Positions 23,501 through 35,245 of a DNA stretch of 64,000 nucleotides are shown piece by piece. Positions within the stretch are counted from its first letter, which is position 1, and each line of letters starts with the position of its first letter. The position numbers were made by a program, and so were the translations under genes. Source of the stretch: Gonapodya sp. JEL0774 (lineage: Eukaryota); NCBI GenBank assembly GCA_027604505.1, contig JADIIX010000006.1:124001-188000 (forward strand). The letters are read 5' to 3'. The notes under the pieces are model-generated. The model was not told the DNA's origin. It worked only from the letters and a program-made list of their open reading frames with translations, and made no database searches.

Positions 23501-26500
23501 GCTCCCATCTCACCCAATCTCCGCTCCGCCACGTTCAAAGCTGTTTCAAAGTCCTTCAAACGTGCTTCGCGTTCTCTCAAAGCACCATGATGGTCTTCCT
23601 GCTCCCGGTTCCGCTCCTCCATCAGGATCCTCAGCTCCTCCACCTGCGCCTCGCGCTCCCTTAGCTCCCCCTCCAAGCTTTTTGCCAGCATTTGCTGCTC
23701 TTCAAGTGCGGGCGCAAGGGTCCTGACATGTGCCTCGAGCTCCTCCAGCGCTTTCTCAAGTGCCTTGATGTGATGCTCCCGCCTCTCGAGGTCAAGAATG
23801 AGGTCGTTGCATTGCCTGTCGCGATCTTCGCACGCTTTCGCAAGCTCCATGGCTTGTTCTTCAAGTTTGGTAATGCGGGCGTTACGGTCACTCACATCAC
23901 TCGATGTCTTCTGCAACTGGCCGTCTCGCTGGCGAATCTGATCTTGAAGCTCCTTGAGCCTCTCTTCCCGATCATCCACGGCTGCTTGCTGCTGCTCAAG
24001 GCGCCCTTCATGTCTGTCCAACGCCTCCTCCATTTGCCTGAGCAGCCCTTCCCTCTCCTCCACAGCCGCGTTCAAGGACTGTATTTCCTTCTCCCGCTCC
24101 ACCTGGGCTTGTTCCAATTGGCTAATGATGCTGTCTCTCTTCTCCACCGCTGCCTGTAACTCCCTCGCGTGTCCCTCTTTCTCCATGGCGGTGTTCTCTT
24201 TCTGGTCCACTGTTTTCTCCAGTTCAGCAACTCGCGCGAGTGTGCCCTCAAACTCCCTCATTTGACCCTCCCTGTCGTCCAAAAGACGCTCTAGTTCACC
24301 GATACGCTCCTCTGCTGCACACAGTGCGTCCTCCAAATCTCCAACCCGAGCATCGCGCTCATCCACAACTGCCCTCGCCTCAATTGCACGGCCTTCAGTT
24401 TCAGCTAATGACTCCTCCAACTCCACAATCCGCCTATCCCTGCTCGCAATGTCCTCCTCTGCTGCCCGGAGTCCATCTTCCATCTCCACGACTCTTGCTT
24501 CCGCGTCCGCTCGTGCCACGCGCTCCCGCTCAGTGTCCTCCACAGTTCCCTCCAGCCGCTGCTCAACCTCAGTGAAAACGTCTTCCATCTCTCTCACGCG
24601 CTCTCGTGCATCATCAAGGGCACGCTGCAGTTGCGCGCGGTCACCGTTCAAATTATCCAACTCCTCCCTCAGCCGTCGAAGTTCACCAGCTGCCTTATCC
24701 GTTTCTCCAGTCATTTCCGCTCTCAACCTTCCCAGCTCACCAGTCAGTTGAGTTGCCCTTTCAGCCGCAACCTCAACTTCCCTCGTTCTTATGGCCAATT
24801 CCTGGGCGTGCCTCCTTGACAAGTCCTCAGCCTGACTCAGGGCGCTACGGACAACATCCAAATCATCGTTGAGACGCTGAACATCCGAAAGGGCACGGTC
24901 CCGAGCTGATGACAGTCTGGCGGACGTAGTAGCAAGCTCCGCTCGCAACGATGTGATCTCGGCGTTCAGAGATTGATTATGCTGGTGCACGGAAGTAGAA
25001 CGCTGCATCAAATCACCACGGTGCCGGTCAAGCTCGGCAGTCAAGGCGACCACTTGTTCTTTCGCAGATTCCAGCTCTGATATGGCGACTGTGAGTTCGC
25101 TTTCAACATCCACAAGCCGTCGTTCCAGTTCGAGACGCGCCTTGGTCTGGTCAGCAACCTCGGAACGTGCAGAATCTCGTTCTGTCCTCTGATTAGTCAG
25201 CGCTGCACGCAAATCTGCGACCTCTCTTCGCATCGCCTGCAAATCCGTTGATAGTTTGGTCCTCTCACTAGCGAGCTCTGAACGAACCACTTCCCGTTCG
25301 TTTGCGGCGCGGTCCGCATCTGCATGGGCGGTCATCAGGTCCTTGCTTTGTTTGGCAAGCTGTGCTTGAAGCGATTCCCGGTCCGACTCAACCTCCTCCA
25401 AATGTCGATTGGCGTCATTAATTGTGCGTTGGAACTGTGCACGAAGATCTGCAATAGCACGAGATGTGTTGTCCTTTTCCATTTGCAACTCGGATTTTAC
25501 TTCCTCTAGATCAGCTCTGGCTTTCCCAGCCTCATTTTCCGCTTGCAGTGTCCGTTGTTCCAACTGCGAGTTGGCTTTCTGGGCAGCCTCGAGGGCGACT
25601 TTTTGGTCCTCAACTTGGACGCACAACTTCTTCATCTCTTGATCCTGTTTAATACGTGTGGTGTGGAGTTCCGAAAGTTCGAAAGATTGGGCAGACCGGG
25701 TCGCAGTGGCTTGTGCCTCTATGTCGTTCGCGCGGGACTCTGCAGCACCAGCTCGTTCAGCCACTTCGTGCAATCGTTCATCAGCTTCTTTCGAACGAAT
25801 TTCTGCAGTTCGTGCTCGCTGCTCGGCCTCATAGAGTCTCTCCTCGGTAGTGCGAGCCCACTCGTCCATTTTGACAACCCTCTCCTCAGCTGCCCTGACT
25901 CTTTCCTCGGCCTCTTTTTCCCTGGCTTCTACATCTTCTTTCAAAGCAGCCAGCTCCTCGGAGTGGGCCTGGGTCAATTGCGCAAGATTGTCTCTTAACT
26001 GCACCACCTGGTCCCCCACGCGACGAGAATCGTCGAGCTGTAGTTCAAGTGATCGGGCCCGACCCGAAGCGCGAGCAAGATCTGCCTTCAGCGACGCAAG
26101 GGCAGGGTTGTGGACGGGTAGGTTCGCGATTGCGTGCCGCAGTGCCTCGACATCACGACAGATTTGATCAGTGGATGCCTTGTCCAGTGATACGGACTTT
26201 AAGAGTGCGAGTGCGTGTGGATGGAGATTCTCCGCATTTGACGAGGCTATGGAATTGAGGGAAGGAATATGGGTGGAGACGAGGGGGTGGAGGAGACGGC
26301 GCTCGAGGGTATCAAGGAGAGTCGAGAATGCGTCGTGCTGCGGATAAAACGATCGTTCCCGATAGAAAGCAAAAGGCACCAAAAATCAACGGGAGAGCGA
26401 TAGATTCAGGACCATCCGTTCGAATCAGCGAAGCAATAGGTGTTAACTTTCACCCAGGCCAACGAACTCAGTGCGGTATTCCAACTTAGACTCACTTCCG

Positions 26501-26687
26501 GCGCCGTCCCATCACTTCTGACTTCCTTGGAATCTCTGGTTTCTCGACTTCGGACCTGATCCGTTCGCCCTCCGCCTTCACCAGCTCGGTCAGCAGCAGA
26601 GTGGTGCTTTTTCTTTAGCGGCCGTGGATTCCGGGGCGGTCCCGATCCTGAGTGTAGTGACGTGTCGCTAGGGTGCGTCGACAACAT
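20581..26687 (-). CDS. Very large coiled-coil protein with C-terminal HMMR_C (RHAMM/KIF15-type) motif
   Basis: Exons of 1157 and 526 codons of heptad coiled coil; C-terminal YAKLLGHQNLKQKIRYVDGLKKENLKLKQ|ENVEL matches HMMR_C (LLGHQNxKQKI...LKxEN). Confidence 0.85.
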
Positions 26688-26903
26688 CAATCTTGGGTAA
26701 CGGGCGGGAATCGGGACCTCGTTTATGGGGCGTTCATCCGGGGCGGACAGTGCACTGCCAGACGGCTCACACCATTTGTGAGCAGGGGGTTTATAATAGT
26801 TTATTGTATTTCAATATTCAGTTTTATCAAAGGTTCTATGCAGCAGAGTACTATTGTCCGGTGTGTATTAGCTGGGTAGCTGAAATCCACTCATTTGCGT
26901 CAA

Positions 26904-27632
26904 TCAAAGCTTTCCCTGCGCAAGGTCCTCTTGCAAAAGGTACTCCTCGACAAAATAGTTTTCAATTGTCCAAAAGTCGAGGAATGAGTATATGTGCAAT
27001 CCCACTTTAATCATGTTCGGCAAGGTCATCCATGCATTTTGGTTCCATTTCGGGCCAGCAAACATTCTCGTGTAATTCAATAAATCTTTCTTCTCCTCCA
27101 CACACTCAGTGACAATACCGTGCCACTCCTTGGAATCCGGGACGGTCAGGGCGTTCACCTTGTTGCGAACGTAACCCGCGAGCGGATGAATTTTGAGTGA
27201 GAGTGGAGTGTGCTGTTCATACCACTCCTTTGTGAACGCCTCGTCATCTAACCTGGGGTTTCGTCGGAAGAGAGTCACTAAAGTCACACCAGGCGCCTTC
27301 TCTCCCACACCCCATGTGCGCTTCCGCATCACGGGTACAGATTCTTCGACACTCCACCCTTCCACGGTGCCAGGTAAATCACCAACGATATCTTTCGCTT
27401 TCATTAGCTGCAGATGTGTACCTTTCACTGAGAAAAGTGCCATTGGTTTGTTGACATAGGGCACCAGGGAGAATCTAGGCGGAGGGTCCTCAGTCAAATA
27501 CAGAATGTGTTCACCCGGACCAATCGTCTTGAGAAGTTCGGTGATTGTTGAACGAGCCGCGTCCGAAAACTGTTTGAGTGGTGTTCCCAGTGGCGGATTC
27601 CACTTAAACATCCACTTCTGGGTTTCCGCCAT
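26904..27632 (-). CDS. EthD-domain (dimeric alpha-beta barrel) protein, intronless
   Basis: GVTLVTLFRRNPRLDDEAFTKEWYEQHTPLSLKIHPLAGYVRNKV...WHGIVTE resembles EthD; single exon from ATG 27632. Confidence 0.75.
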   Translation of the reverse strand: MAETQKWMFKWNPPLGTPLKQFSDAARSTITELLKTIGPGEHILYLTEDPPPRFSLVPYVNKPMALFSVKGTHLQLMKAKDIVGDLPGTVEGWSVEESVPVMRKRTWGVGEKAPGVTLVTLFRRNPRLDDEAFTKEWYEQHTPLSLKIHPLAGYVRNKVNALTVPDSKEWHGIVTECVEEKKDLLNYTRMFAGPKWNQNAWMTLPNMIKVGLHIYSFLDFWTIENYFVEEYLLQEDLAQGKL

Positions 27633-28049
27633 CGCAGACGTCGGGAAGTGTAAGTTTAAGGTGCTGGCAAAGGGTGGCGCAGGGGTAAGGTTGGCCGGAA
27701 AGAACGAGCAGGTGACAGGGGCAGGGGAGGGCAGAGTGGGTGTTATGAAGTCGGCTGTCGGGGAAGGCACCCGACACGAACAATTTATAATAAATTAGAA
27801 ATGTGCACATAGGTACATAACAATACATACTCTGCCATAAAACAAGAGCATAGGGTGGTCCTGAATGCAATTTTACCATTGAAAGTAGTAAAATTTCCTT
27901 TCTTCTTGCCAGGACGATTCACAGGCTGCCCTGAGACTACTTGCCAGGAGGATGCACAGGTGAAGGATCCGTTAGAAGGAAGTCCACAGGTGATTCCACG
28001 GGGATGGTATAGAAGTGCAAAGGGGGTTCACTTACTCAAGCCAAACGAA

Positions 28050-28870
28050 GTAAACAACTTGTTCTGACGGAGAGCAATGCTGGTCGCATAGGTGGTCTCC
28101 CCCCTTTCTTTTTGCGTGCTTGCTCAACCAGAGTTTTGCGCTTCAGGAAGATGCATCGACAAGCTCCATGGCGATTGCTCAATATTGGGGATCTGTAGAT
28201 TGGCATCGGCCAGTTCCACTCCACAGATATAGACACGGCTGACAACCCTCAAAGGTTTCCCTCCTTCAGAAACCAGTACTGCTCACCCAACATTGCGATG
28301 CTTCACGTTGGACACCTTTCAGGGTTATGGTCTCAACCAATCTTGTGTGCAGACCTAGAGTCTCGAATTGAGCAACCGCCGAGCGCTCAAAGGCGAAGGA
28401 CAGGATGTGCGAGATACAAGGAACGTGATCCGTGTCCCTCCCGAGACGCGACACATGTAGAGCTCCGGCCCTTCCCCGACTCGGCACCACCAGGCTCTTC
28501 GCATCAACGGTACCTAAACGCTCGACACGTCGGAGATAAGGTCCGAGGGCGGAGAAAGACCAAGAGGAAGGCCAGTTGTCGAACTCGAGAGGGTCGGGCA
28601 GGACGTAGAGGGCAACGTTCAACGTAGAAGATCCAACGAGAGCCTGTTGGTATCCGTACTTTTCGCGCTTTCTACATAATCGAGCATCCCGAGCGCAATC
28701 TCTCCTTTCCGCGGATCTGAGGGGTATTGGTTTGTTGTTACATACTTGAAAGCATCATTCAGGCTCACCCAACTGATGAATCGTCCGTGTAACTCTGGTT
28801 GCGGAGTTGTCTTGAAAGACCAGTCGCGCTCGGAGCGGACGTGGGGGAAAGCGTGCGAGTTGTGGTGAGG
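28050..28870 (-). pseudogene. GMC oxidoreductase N-terminal fragment (pseudogene)
   Basis: DWSFKTTPQPELHGRFISW|IRGK|ALVGSSTLNVALY..EFDNW..WSFSALGPYLRRVE..RGRAGALHVS matches the GMC consensus. There is no GxGxxG start, LGGSS reads LVGSS, a splice donor reads GA (28704-28703), and the 3' two-thirds are missing. Confidence 0.75.
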
Positions 28871-28948
28871 TTGTAGCGCCTGGCCGTTGCACCCGACCGA
28901 AGCAGAAACAACGAGGCTCTCTAATTCCACTCCAATTCCTGTTCACAA

Positions 28949-31900
28949 ATGGATCTCTCACTGTACGATGAATTCGGAAATTACATCGGTCCAGATATTG
29001 ATGAAGATGAGGAAGCTGACGACGACGCAATCTTGAAGCCCACCAGCAATAGAGGAAGTGGAGTTTTCGGCGTGGAAGACATGGACTTTGAGGATGGGGG
29101 CGAGCGCTCGCGAAATGACGACGAAGACGAAGGACCTGCTGGACGAGAAGCAGGAAATGCGGGTACTGGAATGGAACTTATGCAAGTTGACGGTGAGTTT
29201 TCGGTCTCGAGGCCTTCTCACTGAACGAGTATGGTCTCCACAACAGGCGTAGTAGTGCCGTCACGGGAAAGGGTGATTTAACGGCTTATCTAATGATTAT
29301 GAGACGCTGGAAACGTCAACCCTATGGCTTCCATCCTGCCCTGTCAATATGGAACATACTGGTGCTATCCACATCGGATTGTGGTCATTTCAAGGCGCAA
29401 ACGCACCACGTGCAATTTATTCTCATGAATCACTCTCATTGGTTTTTACTTTTTACACCATTGTGGGGCAACTTTTTGCGGAATCCGAATCAAACCCATT
29501 GGAACAGATACTCCTATTTCCCAAGCAATCATTCTCCATGACGACAAGAAGTACTACCCCACGGCAGAGGAAGTCTATGGACGTGATGTAGAGACACTTG
29601 TACAGGAGGAGGATACCATGCCCCTGACTGCCCCGATTATTGAGCCTGTAAAGGTCAACAAGTTCTCGGTGGTGGAGAAGGATTTGCCCTACACAACATA
29701 TTCCAAAGAGTTTCTCGTGGACCTTATGGGATTTCCGGATATGGTTCGAAACATAGCTATTGTGGGACATCTAGGTCACGGAAAGACAAGCTTTGTTGAT
29801 GCCATGGTGGAGGAGACACATACAGTTCATAGGCTCGTGAGTATTTTCATGCACTTGTATCATATGTAACAGCAGAGACATTATTTGGTGGTCGTGAGCA
29901 CCTGGATTTTGGTGGGAAGACGCCAACTGACACCAACGACAGTCCTCTTCCCGTTATTTGCCTGAGAACTGTAAATTCCGACTCACTTCCCTTAAATATT
30001 CTGCGCTATGCGTTTACAGAACCGCTACACTGATACACACATTCTCGAGCGTGACCGCGAGATTTCCGTGAAGTGCACACCTATGAGTATGGTGCTGCCA
30101 GACATTAAGGGAAAGAGTTATGTTCTAAACATGGTGGATGCTCCAGGTGAGCTTCCCAGAAGTGAAAAGTGAAATTGAGAGTCTTTCCCTGCATGACATT
30201 GACAGAAACTGATTTCGGCGTGTCCTAGGACATGTCAGTTTTTCTGACGAGCTCACCCCGTCTCTCCGATTAGCAGACGGTGTGGCTCTCGTAGTTGATG
30301 CTTTGGAAGGTGTTATGCTCGGCACCGAACGAGCGATTCGCCACGCCATCGCCGAAGGGCTCAACGTTGTGCTGGTGATAAACAAAGTGGACAGGCTCAT
30401 TATAGAGCTTAAAATACCGCCCAACGACGCGTACTTTAAGTTGCGGCATACGATAGAAGAGGTCAACTCTGTGATTATGTGGGTTCGCGCCGGAAGTCAG
30501 TCCGCGGACTAGGAACTCCGTGCTGAACGTTGTTTCATTCGTTTTACAAACTTCCAGCAAAGCTGGAGGTGGTGAAGCTATGAGGGTATCGCCTGAGCGT
30601 GGCAATGTTTGCTTTGCTGCGAGTGCGCAAGGATGGTCCTTTACATTGCGGAGCTTCGCAAAAATGTATGCGGATACCTACGGTGAGTGAAGGCGGTGGG
30701 GGTACTTTCAACTGACCATATTCACTAAATTTCAGAATATCTGATAAGAACGGTTTGATATCGACGCCTTTGCCAAACGTCTCTGGGGTGATGTCTTTTA
30801 CAATTCGGAGTCACGCACCTTCCACCGACGAAACATCGGGTCATTGAAGCGCTCCTTTGTCCACTTTATTCTTGAGCCCCTTTACAAGATCTACGCCCAA
30901 GTTGTGGGCGAAGACGAGCAAGTATTGAGCCAAGCACTTGCGGAACTGGGGATAGTGTTGAAGAAAGCTAAATTCGGTATGGACGTGAAACCATTGCTCA
31001 AAATCGTGCTACAAGAGTTCTTCGGTGGGTGCAATGGTTTTGTGGACATGGTCGTGAGGCACGTTAAGGACCCTAAGACGAATTCGAGGAGCAAGGTGAG
31101 GATGGGCTTTGACTCTTCGAGTGTTTTATTTGCAGAACGTTTCTTTTGCTTTCGTCTGAAAGGTGGAGCGGCTCTATACCGGGCCAATGGATTCCCCTGT
31201 TGCGCAAGCGATGGCGGACCTCGATCCAAACGGTCCACTCATGATTCACGTAGTCAAGTTATACAGCACAGAGGATGGCAAACGTTTTGACGCTATGGGT
31301 CGCATCATGTCTGGTACGGTGAGGGAGGGAATGCAGGTTAAAGTACTGGGAGAAGGTTACACACCCGACGACGAAGAGGATATGACTGTGCAAACAGTTG
31401 AGAGTGTGACGGTCGGAGAAGCGCGGTGAGTATACTGACACCGTTTTGTTGCAATGCTTTGCATGGGTAACATTTTGTTCAGGTACAAGGTTCGCACCAA
31501 GGCACTGCCAGCAGGCACATGGTGTCTCCTGGAAGGCGTGGACAGCTCTATTATGAAAACTGCTACTATAACGGACAACAAACCCACCGACGAAGATGAC
31601 CCAATCCACATCATCCGACCTCTCCGATTCAACACATCGTCGGTCATGAAAATCGCGGTGGAGCCTGTGAATCCCACTGAACTCCCAAAAATGCTCGACG
31701 GGCTTCGAAAAGTGAACAAGAGCTACCCATTGCTTGAAACGAAAGTGGAGGAATCTGGGGAGCACGTAATCATTGGAACCGGGGAGCTGTACTTGGACTG
31801 TGTGATGCATGATCTTCGTCGAATGTACGCCGAGATCGAGATTAAGGTGGCAGATCCCATTGTAAGGTTTTCTGAGACTGTTGTCGAGACGAGCTCTTTG

Positions 31901-33087
31901 AAATGTTTTGCGGAAACACCCAACAAAAAGTAAACTTGTTTGTTACTAAAATGGATTACGCGATGGTGCTGATTTGTTTCGCTTTCACAGAAACAAAATA
32001 ACGATGATCTCGGAGCCATTGGAAAAGGAAGTCGCGGTTGACATAGAGTCACAAGCGGTTTCGGCCTCTTGGCCCAGCAAGCGGCTTGCTGAACACTTCA
32101 CTACAAGGTACGGCTGGGATGTCCTCGCCGCTCGTAATATCTGGGCTTTCGGTCCCGATGATGCCGGTCCCAACGTCCTTGTCAACGATACTCTTCCGAC
32201 GGAGGTGGACAAAAAGCTGTTGGAATCCGTCCGGGACAGTGTGAAACAGGGTTTCAAGTGGGCCACAAGAGAAGGACCCCTAGCTGACGAGCGTAAGGTT
32301 TCAATGCGGAAAGTCAATCTGGAATCAACTAGTGATCTTTATTTTCAAACAATAGCTATCCGCAGTGTTAAGTTCCGGGTACTTGACGCATCAATTGCCC
32401 CGGAACCCATTTTTCGAGGAGGTGGGCAGGTCATCCCGACATCACGGAGGGTGTGCTACTCTGCTTTCCTTACTGTGAGTCTGGAAGAGTCATAATACCA
32501 ATTCTGCATTTGGCCAACACTGTTTGGCTTGTTCCAGGCGACCCCACGGCTGATGGAACCTATGTACTTTGTTGAAGTGCAATCTCCAGCCGATTGCGTT
32601 GCAGCAATCTATACCGTGTTGCAACGGAGACGGTGAGAGTCATGCAGCCAAATCTACTTTTCTGCTCTGGTGATCTGGGCCCTGACCGAGGAACTTATTC
32701 TCTTGCATTCATGTCGGATCATCCACACACCAATATCTCATAAGCGGCCATGTTTTGAACGAGACTCCAAAACCGGCAACTCCGCTCTACACCGTGAAGG
32801 CGCTGATCCCCGTCATTGATTCGGCGGGGTTTGAAACCGACCTACGGACACACACGCAGGGCAGCGCTTTCTGCCAGCAGGTGTTTGACCACTGGGAGAT
32901 TGTTCCGGGTGACCCGCTCGACCGTAGCATTGTTTTGCGGCCGCTGGAGCCCAGCCCCGTTGGTCATTTGGCGAGAGACTTCATGGTGAAGACGAGGAGA
33001 CGAAAGGGCTTGAGCGAGGATGTCGCACTTGAACGTTACTTTGATGATGAAGGGGTCATCGCACTCATTAAGGGTGGAGCTTTGTAG
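28949..33087 (+). CDS. SNU114: U5 snRNP 116-kDa EF-2-like GTPase (Snu114/EFTUD2)
   Basis: [103 protein letters not shown]. Confidence 0.98.
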
Positions 33088-33309
33088 TAGCATTGCATGA
33101 GTAACAAATTGATCAATAGGTGTGCATTTACAGGAGTGGATGCAAGCTGGTGCCCGGTGCGGGTCCGCTGATATGAAAGGCAGAGTCAGGCACGAATCGC
33201 GATAATTACGTGGACTCACGCTCTTGATAGTGAGATCTGGTCTCCTGGGAATTGCTGTCAGGAACCCGATCGGACGCGACTCACCGTTGATCCATCGTCG
33301 GTGGCATTG

Positions 33310-35091
33310 ATGAGCGGCCAGCTGACAGCCCTCGCATCACTCATCCCGCCCGCACCAGGTTTCACGTTGAAACCATCGGCATCTGCGATAAATCCCCTCG
33401 CAAATCCGAAGGGAGTCAAGCACAATTGTGAACTGTGTGGCTCCCCTGGTGTGTGCTCTCAATGGTATCCGAATACTGAAACGTTTGTTCACTTTGGCGG
33501 CCCCTCTCGAACACTTAGCTTACACCGTATGCAAATCTTGCAAGTGCACCTATTATTGGTGAGCTCTTGAGAATGGAAACGATCCGTCACCATATCCTGA
33601 TGGAGTCACTCACCTTTTCAGCAACAAGGAGCACCAAGACATTGATTTTAGAGGCATTCACGAGAAAATATGCGCCTTATTGGTCCCCCTGCGGTGAATA
33701 AGATCAGGATTCGTGCAAATCGGTTCACTCACCCTTCGAAACATCACCAGGACACCTGTCACCGTCCTCGGCTCACAAGATGAACGGGCTGCACGAGAGC
33801 GGGACATCCGTAGGCGACAATTTCACCTGGTCGAACTGTGCCGTCTTGAAGCCCACAAACGCTTATTCGAGGCAGAGGTATTTCGGACAACCATATAGAA
33901 CCCTTGATTCGCAACGCTGAAGCGTCTGCACCGTCAGAATGAACTCGCCATTCCGGCAGCTCTCCAATCCCTTCGATTCTCTATGCATGCACATGGTCAA
34001 GGATCTATCGAGCTAGTTCCTGCGTATTTGCTGCTTGGAGAAGCTAGCATAGGTGGGCATTGTTGGTGCGCCGAAATGAGAGTTTTTCTAGTTCGTTTTG
34101 TACCTCATACGCAGCCTCCCTCGCCTTATCGTGAGTAAGGTCTAAAGCAATACTCACAAGCCGAAGATTACCTCTCCCTTGCCCAGTACTCGGTTGTTTC
34201 TCAACCAGACTTGGTTCCTCCACGGGTGCGTGGTCAGCTGCATAGGAACTTCGGACTTCTCTACGCTAGCCGCGGGGAGCTCTCTAAAGCGGTGGGCGAG
34301 TTTGCAAAAGATGTACGAACCTTAAAAGCGGTAACTTTGGGCCAGGTATGATGATTTTTAACTGTCACATTGCACTGCAGATCTACTACTCTTCTCTGTC
34401 CTATCACCCATCGCATATTCGAGTATCTGGCGGGTACTTCCACCTCGGCAGCACATTGCTAAAGCTTTCTACTACCGACTCTGATGTTCCTGTCCATGTA
34501 TACGATCGAGTGGTTGCTATCTGGAAGCGGCACTTGCGAAATCGATTGATCGCCTCTGGGCTTGTCGAGGAGAGTGGCGAAGGCGAAATGTTCAATGACC
34601 AAGTAGCTGCTGGTGCGGGTATCCCGAGGCCATGGTCAGCACGTCCAGCGTCAGCGGGGGTTGCCACAGCAGATGACGGAGAGTGGGACGTGGCGTTGCA
34701 GGCTGAGGCAGTGGCCATGCTCAGTGCGATTCACGAATTTCGTGAGGGACGGGAAAAAACGGCGGAAATTGGTGGAGAGCGCACAGCTACCGGAGCAGCG
34801 GAGGTGATGTATGTGTTGGCACAGGTTTACTATGTCGGTGGTGGGGAAGGCCTGCGAAAGGGTAAAGAGATGGCGGCGAAGGCACTCGAAGGTGGGTCCT
34901 CCGATACTCGACCCCTAGCTCTATTGTACTTGTTCATTGTTGCCGTACATCCAGTGTACGAGACGACACTTGGTCAGCAGCACTCAATAACTCTCGAAGT
35001 CCGGGGCTTCTTGAAAGCCGTTGTGGGAGCCTCAATCTCACTCGTTAGTCACAAAGCGAAGAGAGTAAGCCTGCCGGTTGTGACGTCTTAA
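33310..35091 (+). CDS. ZMYND12: Zinc finger MYND domain protein 12 (axonemal)
   Basis: INPLANPKGVKHNCELCGSP|..CKSCKCTYYC|NKEHQDIDFRGIHEKIC, LAIPAALQSLRFS, ELVPAYLLLGEASIG, LHRNFGLLY, D|IYYSS, SGGYFHLG. Confidence 0.9.
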
Positions 35092-35245
35092 TTTTGAATC
35101 GTGGATTGCGTGAAAATATTCCAGAACAGACGTCATTGCAAAATGTTCTGGAGTTTTCACTCGCGTGAATGTGTCTCTGATGCCTGGCAAACCCGTAAAT
35201 GAATACAATCCCATTCAAATCGTAGTAACGAAGCCTAAGTGGGCA

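Noticed and set aside
21617..26258. Many plus-strand ORFs (e.g. 22717-23664)
   Set aside because: Antisense shadows of the E/L/R-rich coiled-coil gene.
29193..29507. Longer introns (SNU114 intron 1; XRN2 ~48650-48908) as snoRNA hosts
   Set aside because: No clear C/D or H/ACA box pair with a terminal stem was identifiable by eye; an Rfam or snoscan search is needed.
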